A stretch of DNA of 64,000 nucleotides from Eledone cirrhosa. Taxonomy: Eukaryota. Within the stretch, counting starts at the first letter, position 1. Each line of letters starts with the position of its first letter. The notes under the pieces were generated by a model. That model was not told where the DNA came from. It was given only the letters and a program-made list of their open reading frames with translations, and made no database searches. The stretch spans positions 295,492,001 to 295,556,000 of the forward strand of contig OZ024742.1 of NCBI GenBank assembly GCA_964016885.1, given 5' to 3'. Below, one piece after another: positions 35,461 through 48,742 of the stretch. The translations under genes were made by a program, and so were the position numbers.

Positions 35461-38400
35461 GACATTATTATTGTTAATTTTACTGATGTAGTATTAACTT
35501 GGATATTTACCTTGCGACCCTCAGTTCCTACCTCACAATTTCCCTCCCCCCACCCCCACACACCACCATAGTCTATTCGACCAATCAAACCTAGCATGCC
35601 ATTTCCACTGCTGCTGCTACTACCTGCCTAACTAACTCTCTCCTCCTCTGGCGCATCCCAACACACCCTGCCATTACCCCACCACCACTGTTCTTCTAGC
35701 CCTCAATTTTCCCACCGTTATGGATGGATGAGCTGGGAATACACGAGCAACTCTGAATCAATAGATGAAATATGAATCTGCGAGCTACCAAGCACCCACG
35801 TGAAGCGCCAACCCAGAGACCCTCCCATACGAGTGTCGACAAATGCCCAAAACTCCGAGTTGGTACCATCAATGTAGGCTCAATGAAAGGAAGAGCAGGA
35901 GAAATCATAGAAATGCTAGAGCGAAAGGAAGTTGATGTATGCTGTGTGCAAGAGACTAGATGGAGAGGAGGGTCTGCTAGAGTCCTTGTAGGAAAAAGCC
36001 AGTGCTACAAATTTTTCTGGGTGGGAAATGACGATGGGATGGGTGGCGTATGTATACTATTAGCTGACAAGTGGGTAGATAAAGTAATCTCAGTGTACAG
36101 GGTAAATGCAAGAATCATTAAACTCAGACTAGTCCTGAATAAGACAATTACCACAATAATATCAGCTTACGCACCCCAATCGGGGCTGCCAGACGAACTT
36201 AAGGATAGGTTTTACGAGTCCCTAATACACACTACTGCTCTAACAGACGACAAGGACTTCCTAATCATTGCAGGAGATTTTAACGGACACGTAGGTAAAC
36301 ACTGCGACGGCTTCAATAGAGTACATGGAGGCCATGGAGTTGGCACAAGGAATGAGGAAGGATTCAGACTTCTAGAATTCTGCGACGCCAATGACATGTC
36401 GATATGTAACACAAACTTTAAAAAACCCGACAACCACCTGATCACCTATAGATCAGGGGAGCACTCTAGTCAGTTAGATTTTATCCTCATCAGAGGACGT
36501 GACAGATGGACGGTCGTAAACACAAAAGCCTTCCCTAGTGAGGAATGTACATCCCAACATAGCTTAGTTGTCAGCGACCTCACGGTCAGAACTAGACGAG
36601 CCCTGAAACAGAGGCCAACCTGGAGAAGAAAGATCTGGAAGCTGAAAGTCCCCTCAACCAGTAACAGATTTAAAGATATTTTACTCAACGCCTACGACAG
36701 TAAAGAAGAACAGATAGAGACATTTAACGTAGAAGAGAACTGGGAGTTCCTAAAAAATAACTTACTAGAGGCGACGGATGAGGTTTGTGGCTGGAGTAAG
36801 ACCTCAAGCAGGAGGAGAGTGACTTGGTGGTGGAACAATAAGGTAGATGAAGCAGTCAAGGCCAAGAGACAGGCATGGAAAGAATGGAAGAACGGGGGGA
36901 GCAGGGTACATTACATAGAGACCAAGAGGGAAGCTAGGCGACAAGTATACTTAGCTAGGAGGGAAGCAGAGGATAGAAAATTCAAGCATGTTTTACAACG
37001 TGAGGACCAGAAACAGGAGGTATTCAAGATTGCGAGGCAGTGTGTCAGAGATAGTTGTGATGTCATTGGAGAGAAGTGTATCCGGAATGATAAAGGTGAG
37101 CTTGTCCTCACAAGTGCTGAGAAGAAAGATGCATGGAAGAGTCATTATGATAGATTACTAAATGAGGAGAATGCATGGGAAGAAGAGACCCTACCCCACG
37201 TAGACCCTATAGAGGGACCAGCAGTACAAGTCAGCGGCAGCGTAGTAAGTAAGGCAATCAGAGATATGAAGATAGGGAAGGCAACCGGTCCATCGGGTAT
37301 AGCTGCCGAGATGCTGAAGGCATCTGGGTCTGTAGGTCACACTATAACCACACGTATCGTTAACCAGGTAATACTAGAGGGGGCCATACCAAAAGATTGG
37401 TGCAGTAGCATCATTGTCAACTGCTACAAAGGTAAAGGCGATGCACTAGATAGAGGAAACTATAGAGGTATAAAGTTGATGGACCAGGTCATGAAAGTAA
37501 CAGAAAGAGTTATAGCACAGTTGATTAGGGACCGGCTGAAAATAGACGAGATGCAATTTGGGTTTGTACCAGGAAGAGGCACCACTGATGCCCTCTTCCT
37601 TGTGAGGCAGTTACAGGAAAAGTACCTAGCTAAAAGTAAGCCACTCTACTTGGCATTTGTCGACCTTGAGAAAGCCTTTGACAGAGTTCCACGTGCTGTA
37701 ATCTGGTGGGCTCTTAGAAAACTAGGAGTAGATGAATGGCTTGTGAAAGCGGTACAAGCCATGTATAGGGGAGCAGTCAGCAAAGTTAGGATTAGCAATG
37801 AGTATAGCGAGGAATTTAGCGTACAGGTTGGGGTCCACCAGGGCTCTGTTCTTAGCCCTCTCCTGTTCATCATAGTCCTGCAGGCAATAACGGAGGAGTT
37901 TAAGACCGGATGCCCATGGGAACTCCTGTATGCTGATGACCTCGCACTCATAGCTGAATCTATGGTAGAATTAGAGAATAAATTCCAAACTTGGAGGCAG
38001 GGACTAGAAAGAAAGGGTCTCAAAGTCAACATGACAAAGACTAAGGTCCTTGTAAGTAGACGAGAAAACAGAACCCAGATCCCCTCAGGGAAATGGCCTT
38101 GCTCAGTATGTAGGAAAGGTGTAGGTAGGAACTCCATTCTCTGCCCCAAATGCAAACAATGGGTACACAAGAGATGTAGCGAGATCTCAGGAAGCTTAAT
38201 TAAGAATGTAGGCTTCACATGCAGACGCTGTGCTGAGACAGCAAGCAGCAAACAGCCACAGGAAACAAGTACCACCAATTTCTGGGAGGGCTCTGTAGAA
38301 ACAGTAGACAGCTTCTGCTACCTAGGTGACCGAATTAGCAGCGGAGGTGGGTGTTCAGAAAGTACAATAACTAGGGTAAGAACGGGATGGAAGAAGTTTA

Positions 38401-39183
38401 GGGAACTACTACCACTGCTAGCTGCAAAAGGCTTCTCCCTCAGAATGAAAGGCAGACTGTATGATGCGTGTATCCGAACAGCGATGTTGCATGGTAGTGA
38501 CACCTGGGCGCTGAAGGTGGAAGACTTACGTAGATTAGAGAGAAACGAAGCCTGCATGCTCCGATGGATGTGTAATAGTAATATATGTGAATGACAAAGC
38601 ATAAATGAATTGAGAGAGAGACTGAGCATAAGAGGAATCAAATGCTGTGTGCAGGAGAGGCGGTTGCGCTGGTATGGACATGTGATGCGTATGAAGGATG
38701 ACAGCTGCATAAAAAGGTGCAGAGCACTAGAAGTTGATGGAAACCGCGGAGTGGGGAGACCCAAGATGACCTGGGATGAGGTGATAAAAGCCGACCTTAC
38801 CCAATTACACCTCTCAAAGGCAATGACACACGACCGTGACCTCTGGCGTCACGCAGTAATACAGAGTACCCGACCTCCCATGGGTACATGCTGAAGCATA
38901 TAGACAATATGCCCCCACACCGCAAGGTGGTCGTGGAGGTGCCACGGCAAAAAAGCACCCAGCCCACACTGTAAAGTGGACGTGTAGGCGCCACGAAAAA
39001 GCACCCAGCACTCACTGTAAATGAGGTTGGTGTTAGGAAGGGCATCCAGCTGTAGAAATCAAGCCAGATCAGTTCCTGTATGAGCAAGGCATGGTCAGCC
39101 GACCAGACACTGCCCACAACAGGACAACCCGTCTAACCCATGCTAGCGTGGAAGAACGGACGTAAAACGGTGATGATGATGAC
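35461..39183 (+). mobile_element. Full-length RTE-clade LINE, family B
   Basis: Pyrimidine-rich 5' UTR, single ORF (APE endonuclease + RT), 3' UTR, (GAT)n tail; flanked by TA-rich sequence. Confidence 0.96.
35772..38894 (+). pseudogene. APE endonuclease-reverse transcriptase polyprotein (~1040 aa) with one premature stop
   Basis: GTINVG, CVQETRW, SAYAPQ, AGDFNGH, QLDFIL and SQH endonuclease motifs; [22 protein letters not shown]; TGA at 38592-38594 where paralogues encode Arg; ORF 38610-38894 is in the same frame. Confidence 0.95.
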
Positions 39184-39192
39184 ATATATACA

Positions 39193-39194
<2 letters not shown>

Positions 39195-39247
<53 letters not shown>

Positions 39248-42200
39248 GGTTTAGCGTCCGTGTTCCACGCTTGCATGGGTTTGGACGGGGGTTTTCCCAC
39301 TTGAGGCAAGAGTGGTTGTCTTGCTCGCATAGGACTGTCTGGCGGGTTTTCTACAGTTGGATGCCCTTCCTAACACCAACCACATTTACAGTGTGGGGCT
39401 GGGAGGTTTTTACCGTGTTGCCTACACGGCCACATTACAGCGTGGACTGTCTGGCGGGTTTTCCACGGCTGGATGCCCTTCCTAACACCAACCACATTTA
39501 CAGTGTGGGGCTGGGAGGTTTTTACCGTGTTGCCTACACGGCTACATTTACAGCGTGGACTGTGTGTTTTTTTGTCGTGACACCTACACGATCTCATTTG
39601 TTTCGGCCTGGATGTTGTGGGACCAACATAACTTTACATTGAAAGGAGCGGTGTGGATGGGGTGGAGCTGGTGGGATGGGGGGGGGGGGGTGTTTTGATA
39701 GAGATGCCTACTGACTGTAGTAGGTTTTTACTTTGTATTTAGGTAAGGCGGGTCTTCTCTATTACTGAGTACCGCCAAAGGTCTCGGTCCAGTGACATTG
39801 TCTTGGAGAGGTGTAAGCGTGTGAGGTCGGAATTTATCAGCTCGTCCCATGTTTTTCTGGGTCTGCCTACTCCGTGGCTACCGTCTATCTTTATTGCCCT
39901 GCACTTTGTTATACAGCTGTCGTCTTTCATGCGCATCACGTGACCGTACCAACGTAGCCTTCTCTCGAGTAAACAACATCTGATCCCTCTTATTTTTAAT
40001 TTTTTCTTTAGTTCGTTTATGCTTTGCCGTTCACGTATATTACTATTGCACATCCAGCAGAGCATGCAAGCTTCGTTCCTCTCTAGTCTGCGTATATCCT
40101 CTGCACACAATGCCCAGGTCTCACTGCCATGCAGCATTGCTGTTCGTATGCAGGCATCGTATAACCTGCCTTTCATTTTTAGGGAGAACCCTCTAGCGGC
40201 TAATAGTGGTATAAGCTCTCTGAACTTTTTCCATCCAGTTCTGACTCTAGCTACTGTACATTCAGAGCAACCTCCCCCACTGCTGATTTTGTCACCCAGG
40301 TAACGGAAGCTGTCCACTATTTCTATAGAACCCTCTGCGCAGTTGAAGGAGCTAGTATTTTGTGGGCACTTGCTGCTACTTATTGCACCAGAGCACCGGC
40401 CACATGTAAAATCTATGTTCTTAGTTAGCTTACCTGTGATCCCACTACTTCTTTTATGCACCCATACTTTGCATTTGGGACATAAAATGGAGTTTCTATC
40501 TACTCCTTTCCTACACACTGAGCATGGCCATTTCCCAGATGGGACTGCCGCCTTATTTTCTTTCCTACAAACTAGAACTTTAGTCTTAGCCAGGTTAATT
40601 TTAAGGCCTTTTGATTCTAGGCCGTGCTTCCATGTTTGGAATTTCTTCTCTAGTTCGGTCATTGATTCAGCTATGAGCGTTAGATCATCTGCGTATAGGA
40701 GTTCCCATGGGCAGCCGGTCTTGAACTCCTCTGTTATAGCCTGAAGGGCAATAATAAATAGTAGGGGGCTAAGAACAGAGCCCTGATGGACACCAACTTT
40801 TACGCTAAACTCTTCACTATATTCGTTGTTAATTCTAACCTTACTGACTGTTTCTTTATACATGGCTTGTATAGCTCTCACAAGCCATTCGTCAACACCT
40901 AGTTTTCTAAGAGACCACCAGATAATGGAACGGGGGACTCTGTCGAAGGCTTTTTCCAAGTCGACGAAAGCTAAGTATAGGGGTTTACTTTTAGCTAGGT
41001 ACTTCTCCTGTTGTTGTCGTACAATGAAAAGAGCGTCTGTGGTACTTTTGGCTGACACAAATCCGAACTGCATTTCATCTAGGTCAATTCTCTCTCTGAT
41101 TAGTTGCGCTATTACTTTTTCCGTGACCTTCATGACCTGGTCGATTAATTTAATGCCTCTATAGTTACTCCTATCTAGGGCATCTCCTTTTCCCTTATAG
41201 CAGTTAACGATGATGCTGCTACGCCAGTCCTTCGGAACAACCCCATTCTGTACGACTTGGTTAACTATCCGGGTGACCATGGTGTGTCCCGCCGAACCAG
41301 ATGCCTTCAGCATCTCAGCAACTATTTCCGAAGGACCAGCCGCCTTACCCGTCTTCATATCTTTGATTGCCTTGCTTATTGTACTACCCTGGACTAACAC
41401 TGCTGGTCCCTCTACGACTTGGTTAACTATCCGGGTGACCATGGTGTGTCCCACCGATCCAGAAGCTTTCAGCATTTCAGCAACTATTTACGATCTTCAT
41501 ATCTTTGATTGCCTTACTTATTATACTACCCTCGACTAACACTGCTGCTCCCTCTATTGGGTCGATGTGGGGGAGACTGTCTTTCTCCCATTTGTTCTCC
41601 TCATTTAGAAGCCTTTCGTAGTGACACTTCCAAGCTACCTTCTTATCAGCGTCGGTGATGGCAAGTATGCCATCATCGTTAAGTACACACTTCTCTCCGA
41701 CAATATCACGGTTTTCCTTGACTCATTGCCTGGCAATCCTGAACACCTCACGTTTTTGGTCCTCACGTTGTAGAAGATGCTTGAACTTTCTTTCCTCTGC
41801 TTCCCTTCTTGCGAAGTACACTTGTCTCCTAGCTTCCCTCCTGGCCACCTGATAGTCTTCTCTACTTCCCCCCTCCCACCATACTTTCTAAGCCTGCTTT
41901 TTGGCCTTAATTGACTCCTCCACTTTACTGTTCCACCACCATGTTACTCTCCTCCTACCTACAGGCCTGCTCCAGCCACAGACTTCGTCTGCCGCCGTCA
42001 GCAGGTTTGCTCTCAGGAATTCCCACTGTTCCTCTATATTATACGACTCTAATTGCTCTTCCTTACTGTCGAAAGCGTCAAGTAATATGCTTTTAAATTT
42101 ATTTCTGGCTATGGGGTCCTTTAGCTTCCATATTTTTCTCCTGAGGATAGTCCTCTTCCGCTGTCTAGTACGTCTCGTCCTGACTATGAGGTCGCTAATT

Positions 42201-43006
42201 ATCAGTCTATGTTGGGAGGTGAATTCTTCATGGGGGAGGGATTTAGTGTTAACAACAGACACTCTGTCACGTCTTCTGGTAAGGATATAATCTACCTGGC
42301 TTGTGTGTTCCCCCGATCTATAGGTGATCAAGTGATTGTCTCGTTTTTTGAAGTTAGTGTTACAGATAGTTAAGTTATTTGCGTCGCAGAATTCCAGGAT
42401 TCTGGAGCCTTCCTCATTTCTAGTACCGAACCCATAGCCTCCATGGATTCCGTCATAGCCGTCACAATGCTGTCCAACGTGACCATTTAGGTCGCCTGCA
42501 ATAACTATATAGTCACTGTCGGTTATTTGGGAGGTAGCGAGCATCGGTGTCTCGTAGAATCTGTCTTTTATAGCACCGGGCAGTCCGGATTGTGGTGCGT
42601 ACGCAGATATTACTGTCACCGTAGTTTTATTGAGGACAAGTCTTATTTTAATTATTCTGTCGTTCACTCTATTTACGTCTATTATCTTATCTGCCCACTT
42701 TTCTGCTACCATGATTCCTACCCCACCCAACCCATTGTCATTTCCCACCCAGAAAAGCTTATAGCATCGTTCTTTACCCACGATGAATCTAGCCGACCCT
42801 CCCCTCCATCTGGTCTCTTGAATACAACAAACATCGACCTACTTACGTTCAAGCATTTCTACAACCTCGTTAGAGCGACCCTTTAAGGTGCCTACATTCA
42901 TGGTACCAACTCTGAAGTTTTGGATTGCGTTTGGAGGGTGGAAGCGGTGGGGCGCGGGGGGGGGGGGTTATGTTAGCTATCCTGGGCCGAAACAAGGCGG
43001 AGTGCT

Positions 43007-43008
<2 letters not shown>
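39195..43008 (-). mobile_element. Near-full-length RTE LINE family A, tail-to-tail with the family B element
   Basis: EN ORF 41888-42781 and RT ORF 39739-41475; ~160-bp internal duplication at 41251-41570; duplicated 3' UTR module at 39333-39560; long (GAT)n tail. Confidence 0.96.
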
Positions 43009-43066
<58 letters not shown>

Positions 43067-43068
43067 TG

Positions 43069-43119
43069 AGATTCTACAGGACTAGAACTGTTTCATTCTT
43101 TAGAAATCATCAGGAATCT
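43069..43119 (-). ncRNA. Type I hammerhead ribozyme motif, second copy of the 22955 family (insert about 43064-43393)
   Basis: agattc CTGATGA tttctaaagaat GAAA cagttctagtcctg TA gaatct; identical to the 22955 copy across the ribozyme while upstream sequence diverges. Confidence 0.8.
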
Positions 43120-43414
43120 GGGTATCAAAAAATAAATATGGTATTTATAGGTCTCTACAAGTGGTAGGAGAGGGTGGGGAGTGGGATGGGTGTAGGTCAT
43201 TGGTTGATAGAAAAGGGAATTCATTAAAAGCTAATTCTACAAAGCTATAGTTTATTTTTAATTTTTGTTTTTAGAGTAACAAAGGCAGACAGAATTCTAT
43301 AAACAGGTTCCGGATGGCATACCATTCCTTGTCATTAAGTTTCTCTTAAGCTAACAGATGTCTATAAGATCAGTGGGGGGTCAGTCATGGTAGATATATA
43401 TATATATATATAAC

Positions 43415-43756
43415 TGAATGCATATGGCTTAGTGGTTAGAGCATTGGGCTTGCAATTGAAAGGTTGTGAGTTCAATTCTCAGACTGGGTGATGTTTTGTT
43501 TCCTTGAGCAAGACACTTTATTTCACATTGCTCCAGTTTACTCAGCTGTAGAAATGAGATGATAGGGACAGGGGTCCCTATCATTCCACTGCAAAGTGGT
43601 CGTGGAGGTGCCACGACAAAAAAGCACCCAGCACTCACTGTAAATGAGGTTGGTGTTAGGAAGGGCATCCAGCTGTAGAAATCAAGCCAGAATCAGTTCC
43701 CGTCCCACCCTTGCAAGCAGGGAAAAACGGACGTAAAATGATGATGATGATGATGA
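43415..43756 (+). mobile_element. SINE family 2 with RTE-B 3' UTR module and RTE-C terminal tail
   Basis: tRNA head + core + gcaaagtggtcgtggaggtgccacg..tcaagccagaatcagttcc, then cccacccttgcaagcagggaaaaacggacgtaaaa(tga)n. Confidence 0.85.
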
Positions 43757-43775
43757 TATAAGTATATATGTATAT

Positions 43776-43810
<35 letters not shown>

Positions 43811-44017
43811 AGTATATATGTATACATACATATATATATAATTATATATATATAATTATATATGTATATATTCATACATATATATAAGTATATATGTATA
43901 TATTCATACATATAGAGAAAATTGAGGTTGGTAATGGCACATGGAATATATAAGAGACAGAATACTTTTTTGTGAAAAAACATAATTTTATAAGGTAAGG
44001 AAATAATAAAGGGTATA

Positions 44018-44066
44018 AAAAATGACCGGTTTCGATGGGTCTGCAAAAGCCATCTTTTCAAATGTT
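44018..44066 (-). ncRNA. Variant minimal hammerhead (U3-A8 core), sense to the PLE ORF
   Basis: aacat TTGAAAA gatgg-cttttgcagac-ccatc GAAA ccgg TC atttt; stem II 5 bp; palindromic stem III ACCGGU; weak stem I. Confidence 0.62.
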
Positions 44067-44338
44067 GATTAATATTAAGAAAAATTAATAATACGAAGAG
44101 TTAAAATTTGAGACTTGAAAATTCAAGTATAAAATTCATTGTGGGATTTCATAGCAGTTTTCATCTAGGTAGCAACAACAGGTTGACTGCTGTGTCCCTT
44201 TCTGGTAGTGAATGAGAAGTTATTTGGGGTGTGGGTTATTTTATAAAGGTCAGATTTAGCAATAGCCAGCTGCTGGTCAGTGAGGGGGTGGAAGCAATAT
44301 ACACACACATACCTTCATCCACACATACATACACATAC

Positions 44339-44381
<43 letters not shown>

Positions 44382-44450
44382 CACACATACATACACACAC
44401 ACATACATATACATACACACATACACACACACACACATATATATACACAT

Positions 44451-44509
<59 letters not shown>

Positions 44510-44540
44510 TATATATACATACACATACATCCAGATACAC

Positions 44541-44642
<102 letters not shown>

Positions 44643-45605
44643 CCCCACACATACATACACACACACATATATATATATACATACACACATACAAACATAC
44701 ACACACACACACACACATATATATACACACACATACACACACATATATATATACACACACACACACACACATGCATATATATATATATATACACATACGC
44801 ATACATCCAGATACCCACGTACATACACACACACACACACACACGCACACACAATACATACATCCACATGCACACACATACTCACACACACACACACAAA
44901 CATACATACACCCACACACAGAGAAATGGCCTTCAAATATATATATATATATATACATACAGACACATATATTTTTTCCATAATATAAGAAGTTGGGGCA
45001 GTGAAATTAAAATAATTCTGTGTGCGCATATATATATAGACATACGTGTGTGCACGTGCAGGGCTTAACATGGATGTGTTGGTCACACAAAGGCATGGTC
45101 TGTCAATGAATAAACCTGATTCTACAGAATTGGTCTCTGGTCTTTAATAGTAGTGATTCCGTGCGTATGTGTGTTTATATTTTATGACAATTCTATTGGG
45201 GTGATAACCCGTTTAGTTTTGGTTTAAATTTGTTAAGGAATAGATTTTCTTTGTTTATTCTTTGTTGTTGTGTGAACGAATCTGAGCACTTGTAGAAGGG
45301 GAAGATTTTAAAGTTGGGTAGTGTCATTCCTGCGCAGTTCGCAATATGGCTGCTCAAGGGGATTTTTCTTGTGTTAGCGTCCCGGATTTGTTGGCGGATT
45401 TGTTGGCGAATTTGTGTGTGTGTATGTACGTGGGTATCTGGATGTATGCGTATGTGTATATATATATATATATGCATGTGTGTGTGTGTGTGTGTGTATA
45501 TATATGTGTGTGTATGTGTGTGTATATATATGTGTGTGTGTGTGTGTGTATGTTTGTATGTGTGTATGTATATATATATATGTGTGTGTGTATGTATGTG
45601 TGGGG

Positions 45606-45699
<94 letters not shown>

Positions 45700-45730
45700 G
45701 TGTATCTGGATGTATGTGTATGTATATATA

Positions 45731-45789
<59 letters not shown>

Positions 45790-45858
45790 ATGTGTATATA
45801 TATGTGTGTGTGTGTGTATGTGTGTATGTATATGTATGTGTGTGTGTATGTATGTGTG

Positions 45859-45899
<41 letters not shown>

Positions 45900-46171
45900 G
45901 TATGTGTATGTATGTGTGGATGAAGGTATGTGTGTGTATATTGCTTCCACCCCCTCACTGACCAGCAGCTGGCTATTGCTAAATCTGACCTTTATAAAAT
46001 AACCCACACCCCAAATAACTTCTCATTCACTACCAGAAAGGGACACAGCAGTCAACCTGTTGTTGCTACCTAGATGAAAACTGCTATGAAATCCCACAAT
46101 GAATTTTATACTTGAATTTTCAAGTCTCAAATTTTAACTCTTCGTATTATTAATTTTTCTTAATATTAATC

Positions 46172-46219
46172 AACATTTGAAAAGATGGCTTTTGCAGACC
46201 CATCGAAACCGGTCATTTT
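46172..46219 (+). ncRNA. Variant minimal hammerhead (U3-A8 core), inverted pLTR copy
   Basis: Exact reverse complement of 44018-44066: TTGAAAA 46177-46183, GAAA 46205-46208, GTC 46212-46214. Confidence 0.62.
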
Positions 46220-46793
46220 TTATACCCTTTATTATTTCCTTACCTTATAAAATTATGTTTTTTCACAAAAAAGTATTCTGTCTCTTATATATTCCATGTG
46301 CCATTACCAACCTCAATTTTCTCTATAACCTTCGTTTTGTGTAGAAAATTACACTTTTCATTCATACATATATATATACATATATATATATAAGTATATT
46401 TGTATATATATATATATACATACACTTATATATGCATAAGGAACATAGAAAGCCTCATCTTTCCTGTGTGGAGATTGCTAAGTAAAGACGAAAATCACAG
46501 ACAACTATTATTGGATAGAGAGAGATAGAGAGAGAGAGAAATAAAATGTGACAATGGAAGGTATTGGCACTACTTGCTAAATACAATATATATTGCTTAG
46601 ATATATTTTAGAAGAGTGAAAGTATATTTATAATAGGAAAACAGTCACATTTGAGAAAAGGAAATTATTAGAGATAGATTTATATAACAAGTATAATGGA
46701 GTGTATATCAAGGGATATGATAAATATAGAAGACAACAAAGTATTTGAATAGGATGTGTGTGTGTGTGTGTATGTATGTGTATATATATATAG

Positions 46794-47165
46794 TGAAGGC
46801 GTGTGGCTTAGTGGTTAGAGCATTGGGCTTGCAATCGAAAGATTGTGAGTTCAATTCTCAGACCGGGTGATGTGTTGTTTCCTTGAGCAAAACACTTTAT
46901 TTCACACTGCTCCAGTTTACTCAGCTGTAGAAATGAGATGATAGGGACTGGGATTCATATCATTCCATTGCAAAGTGGTTGTGGAGGTGCCACGGCAAAA
47001 AAGCACCCAGCACTCACAGTAAATGAGGTTGGTGTTAGGAAGGGCATCCAGCTGTAGAAATCAAGCCAGAATCAATTCCCGTATGAGCAAGACAAGGTCA
47101 GCCAAGGACAACCCTTCTAACCCATGCTAGCATGGAAGAACGGACGTAAAACAGTGATGAAAGCT
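46794..47165 (+). mobile_element. SINE family 2 with RTE-B 3' end
   Basis: A and B boxes, core, then a tail nearly identical to the family B 3' UTR ending cccatgctagcatggaagaacggacgtaaaacagtgatga. Confidence 0.88.
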
Positions 47166-47599
47166 GATATATATATATACAAATATTATATATATATATA
47201 TATATATATGTTATATTATATTATGTATCTACAACATCATGATGTTTATTACCGTTTAATGTCTATTTTCCACCATACTTGCAAGTGTTAAATGGATTGT
47301 TGCTTGCAGAGACCAGACTGGTTTGGTGACTGTGGCCTGTTTGTACACTTTACTTTGGCTTAGTTTCTCTAGGTGGATGCCCTTTCTAACACCAACTAAT
47401 TTACATTATGTACTAGGAACATTTTCTCAAAATGCTGGCACTACTACTTTACAGAGAGAGTTGAATATGTTTTATGAAGTGTTTGCAGTTTGGGAACCAG
47501 GAAGCCCAAATACCAACGTAGCATGTTTAGGTACAGAGTTAGTATATAAATTAGTAAAATCCTAGAATTTTACTAATATGCACACACATATACATACAA

Positions 47600-47660
<61 letters not shown>

Positions 47661-47682
47661 CATATATATATATATATCATTA

Positions 47683-48742
47683 TCTATAAAAGGCTGATTG
47701 TTGTTGTTGTATGTGTGTGTGCATGTTCCATGTTTATACATTTGCACAATTTCAAACCGATTCGACTCAAAGTCTGTATGAATGTTTTAAATGGTCTAAC
47801 TTAGGTCAACGACTATTTATTGTTTTCCAACTCACCCACAATTACGGAAATAATCGATAAAACTAAATACATGACGCTTTACCCCTCTAATACAATCTGA
47901 TACCTCTCTCTACTCCCCTTAAAATTCGATAAAACTACATACATGCTGCAACTTTCTCTTATATACGCTTAAACCCCCTCCTTACAAACTTCCTTTAGGA
48001 ACTCGGAAGAAAGAAGAAAGAAAGAAATGAAGGAGAGAGAGGAGAGAGAGAGAGAACGTTTGTTTTTGAGTGTGGAACGGTCAAACATTTATTTACTTCA
48101 ATGACAACGAAGAGAACTTATTACATTTCATACCAAACAACAATTATTCAAAAGCAACAGATACATTTATTCAACAACAACAAAAAAAGCGATAAATCTT
48201 TTTTAAAACATCTCTCAACGAACGTGGAAGAAAGAAGTATCAGTTTATTTACTATACACAATAATATCCTCTATGAGGTCACTAAACCTGCTAGAAACAG
48301 CAGCTAACTCCCCCATATCACACCCTTCCTACTGTCTTAAATTTAGAAAACACATATCCTCTATGAGGTCACTAAACCTGCTAGAAACAGCAGCTAACTC
48401 TCCCCCATAACACACCCTCCTTACTGTCTTAAATTTAGAAAACACACATTAGACAACCATGCAGAACAACTCCATCGCAGCTCTGTTGTTCGGCTGGCAT
48501 CGTCTACGTGCGTGTTGCGCAAGTACTGTGAAACAATAAATTTCAACACTTCTTTGCACAGAGATAATATCCATAGGCGAAACTACAATTGTCACTGCTA
48601 GCGCAGTTCCTGCTTCGGCAGTCCAGGTCTGCAATTCATTCACCCAGTGCCTGGCAGACAAAAAAGTGCTGCCATAAAATGGGTGGTGCAACCTAACTTT
48701 GGTAACTTACTGACCCCGAGCAACGCCGGGCTTTAATGCTAG
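47683..48742 (+). mobile_element. Non-autonomous Helitron
   Basis: A|TCtataaaag 5' end followed by a gt-rich microsatellite and accgatt motif; 3' hairpin cccgagcaacgccggg + 8 nt + CTAG|T; inserted at an AT; internal 2x ~90-bp tandem repeat at 48264-48445. Confidence 0.75.

Noticed and set aside
37646-38764. Antisense ORFs over RTE elements (recurring in several copies)
   Set aside because: Shadow frames of the RT ORF, repeated only because the copies are homologous.
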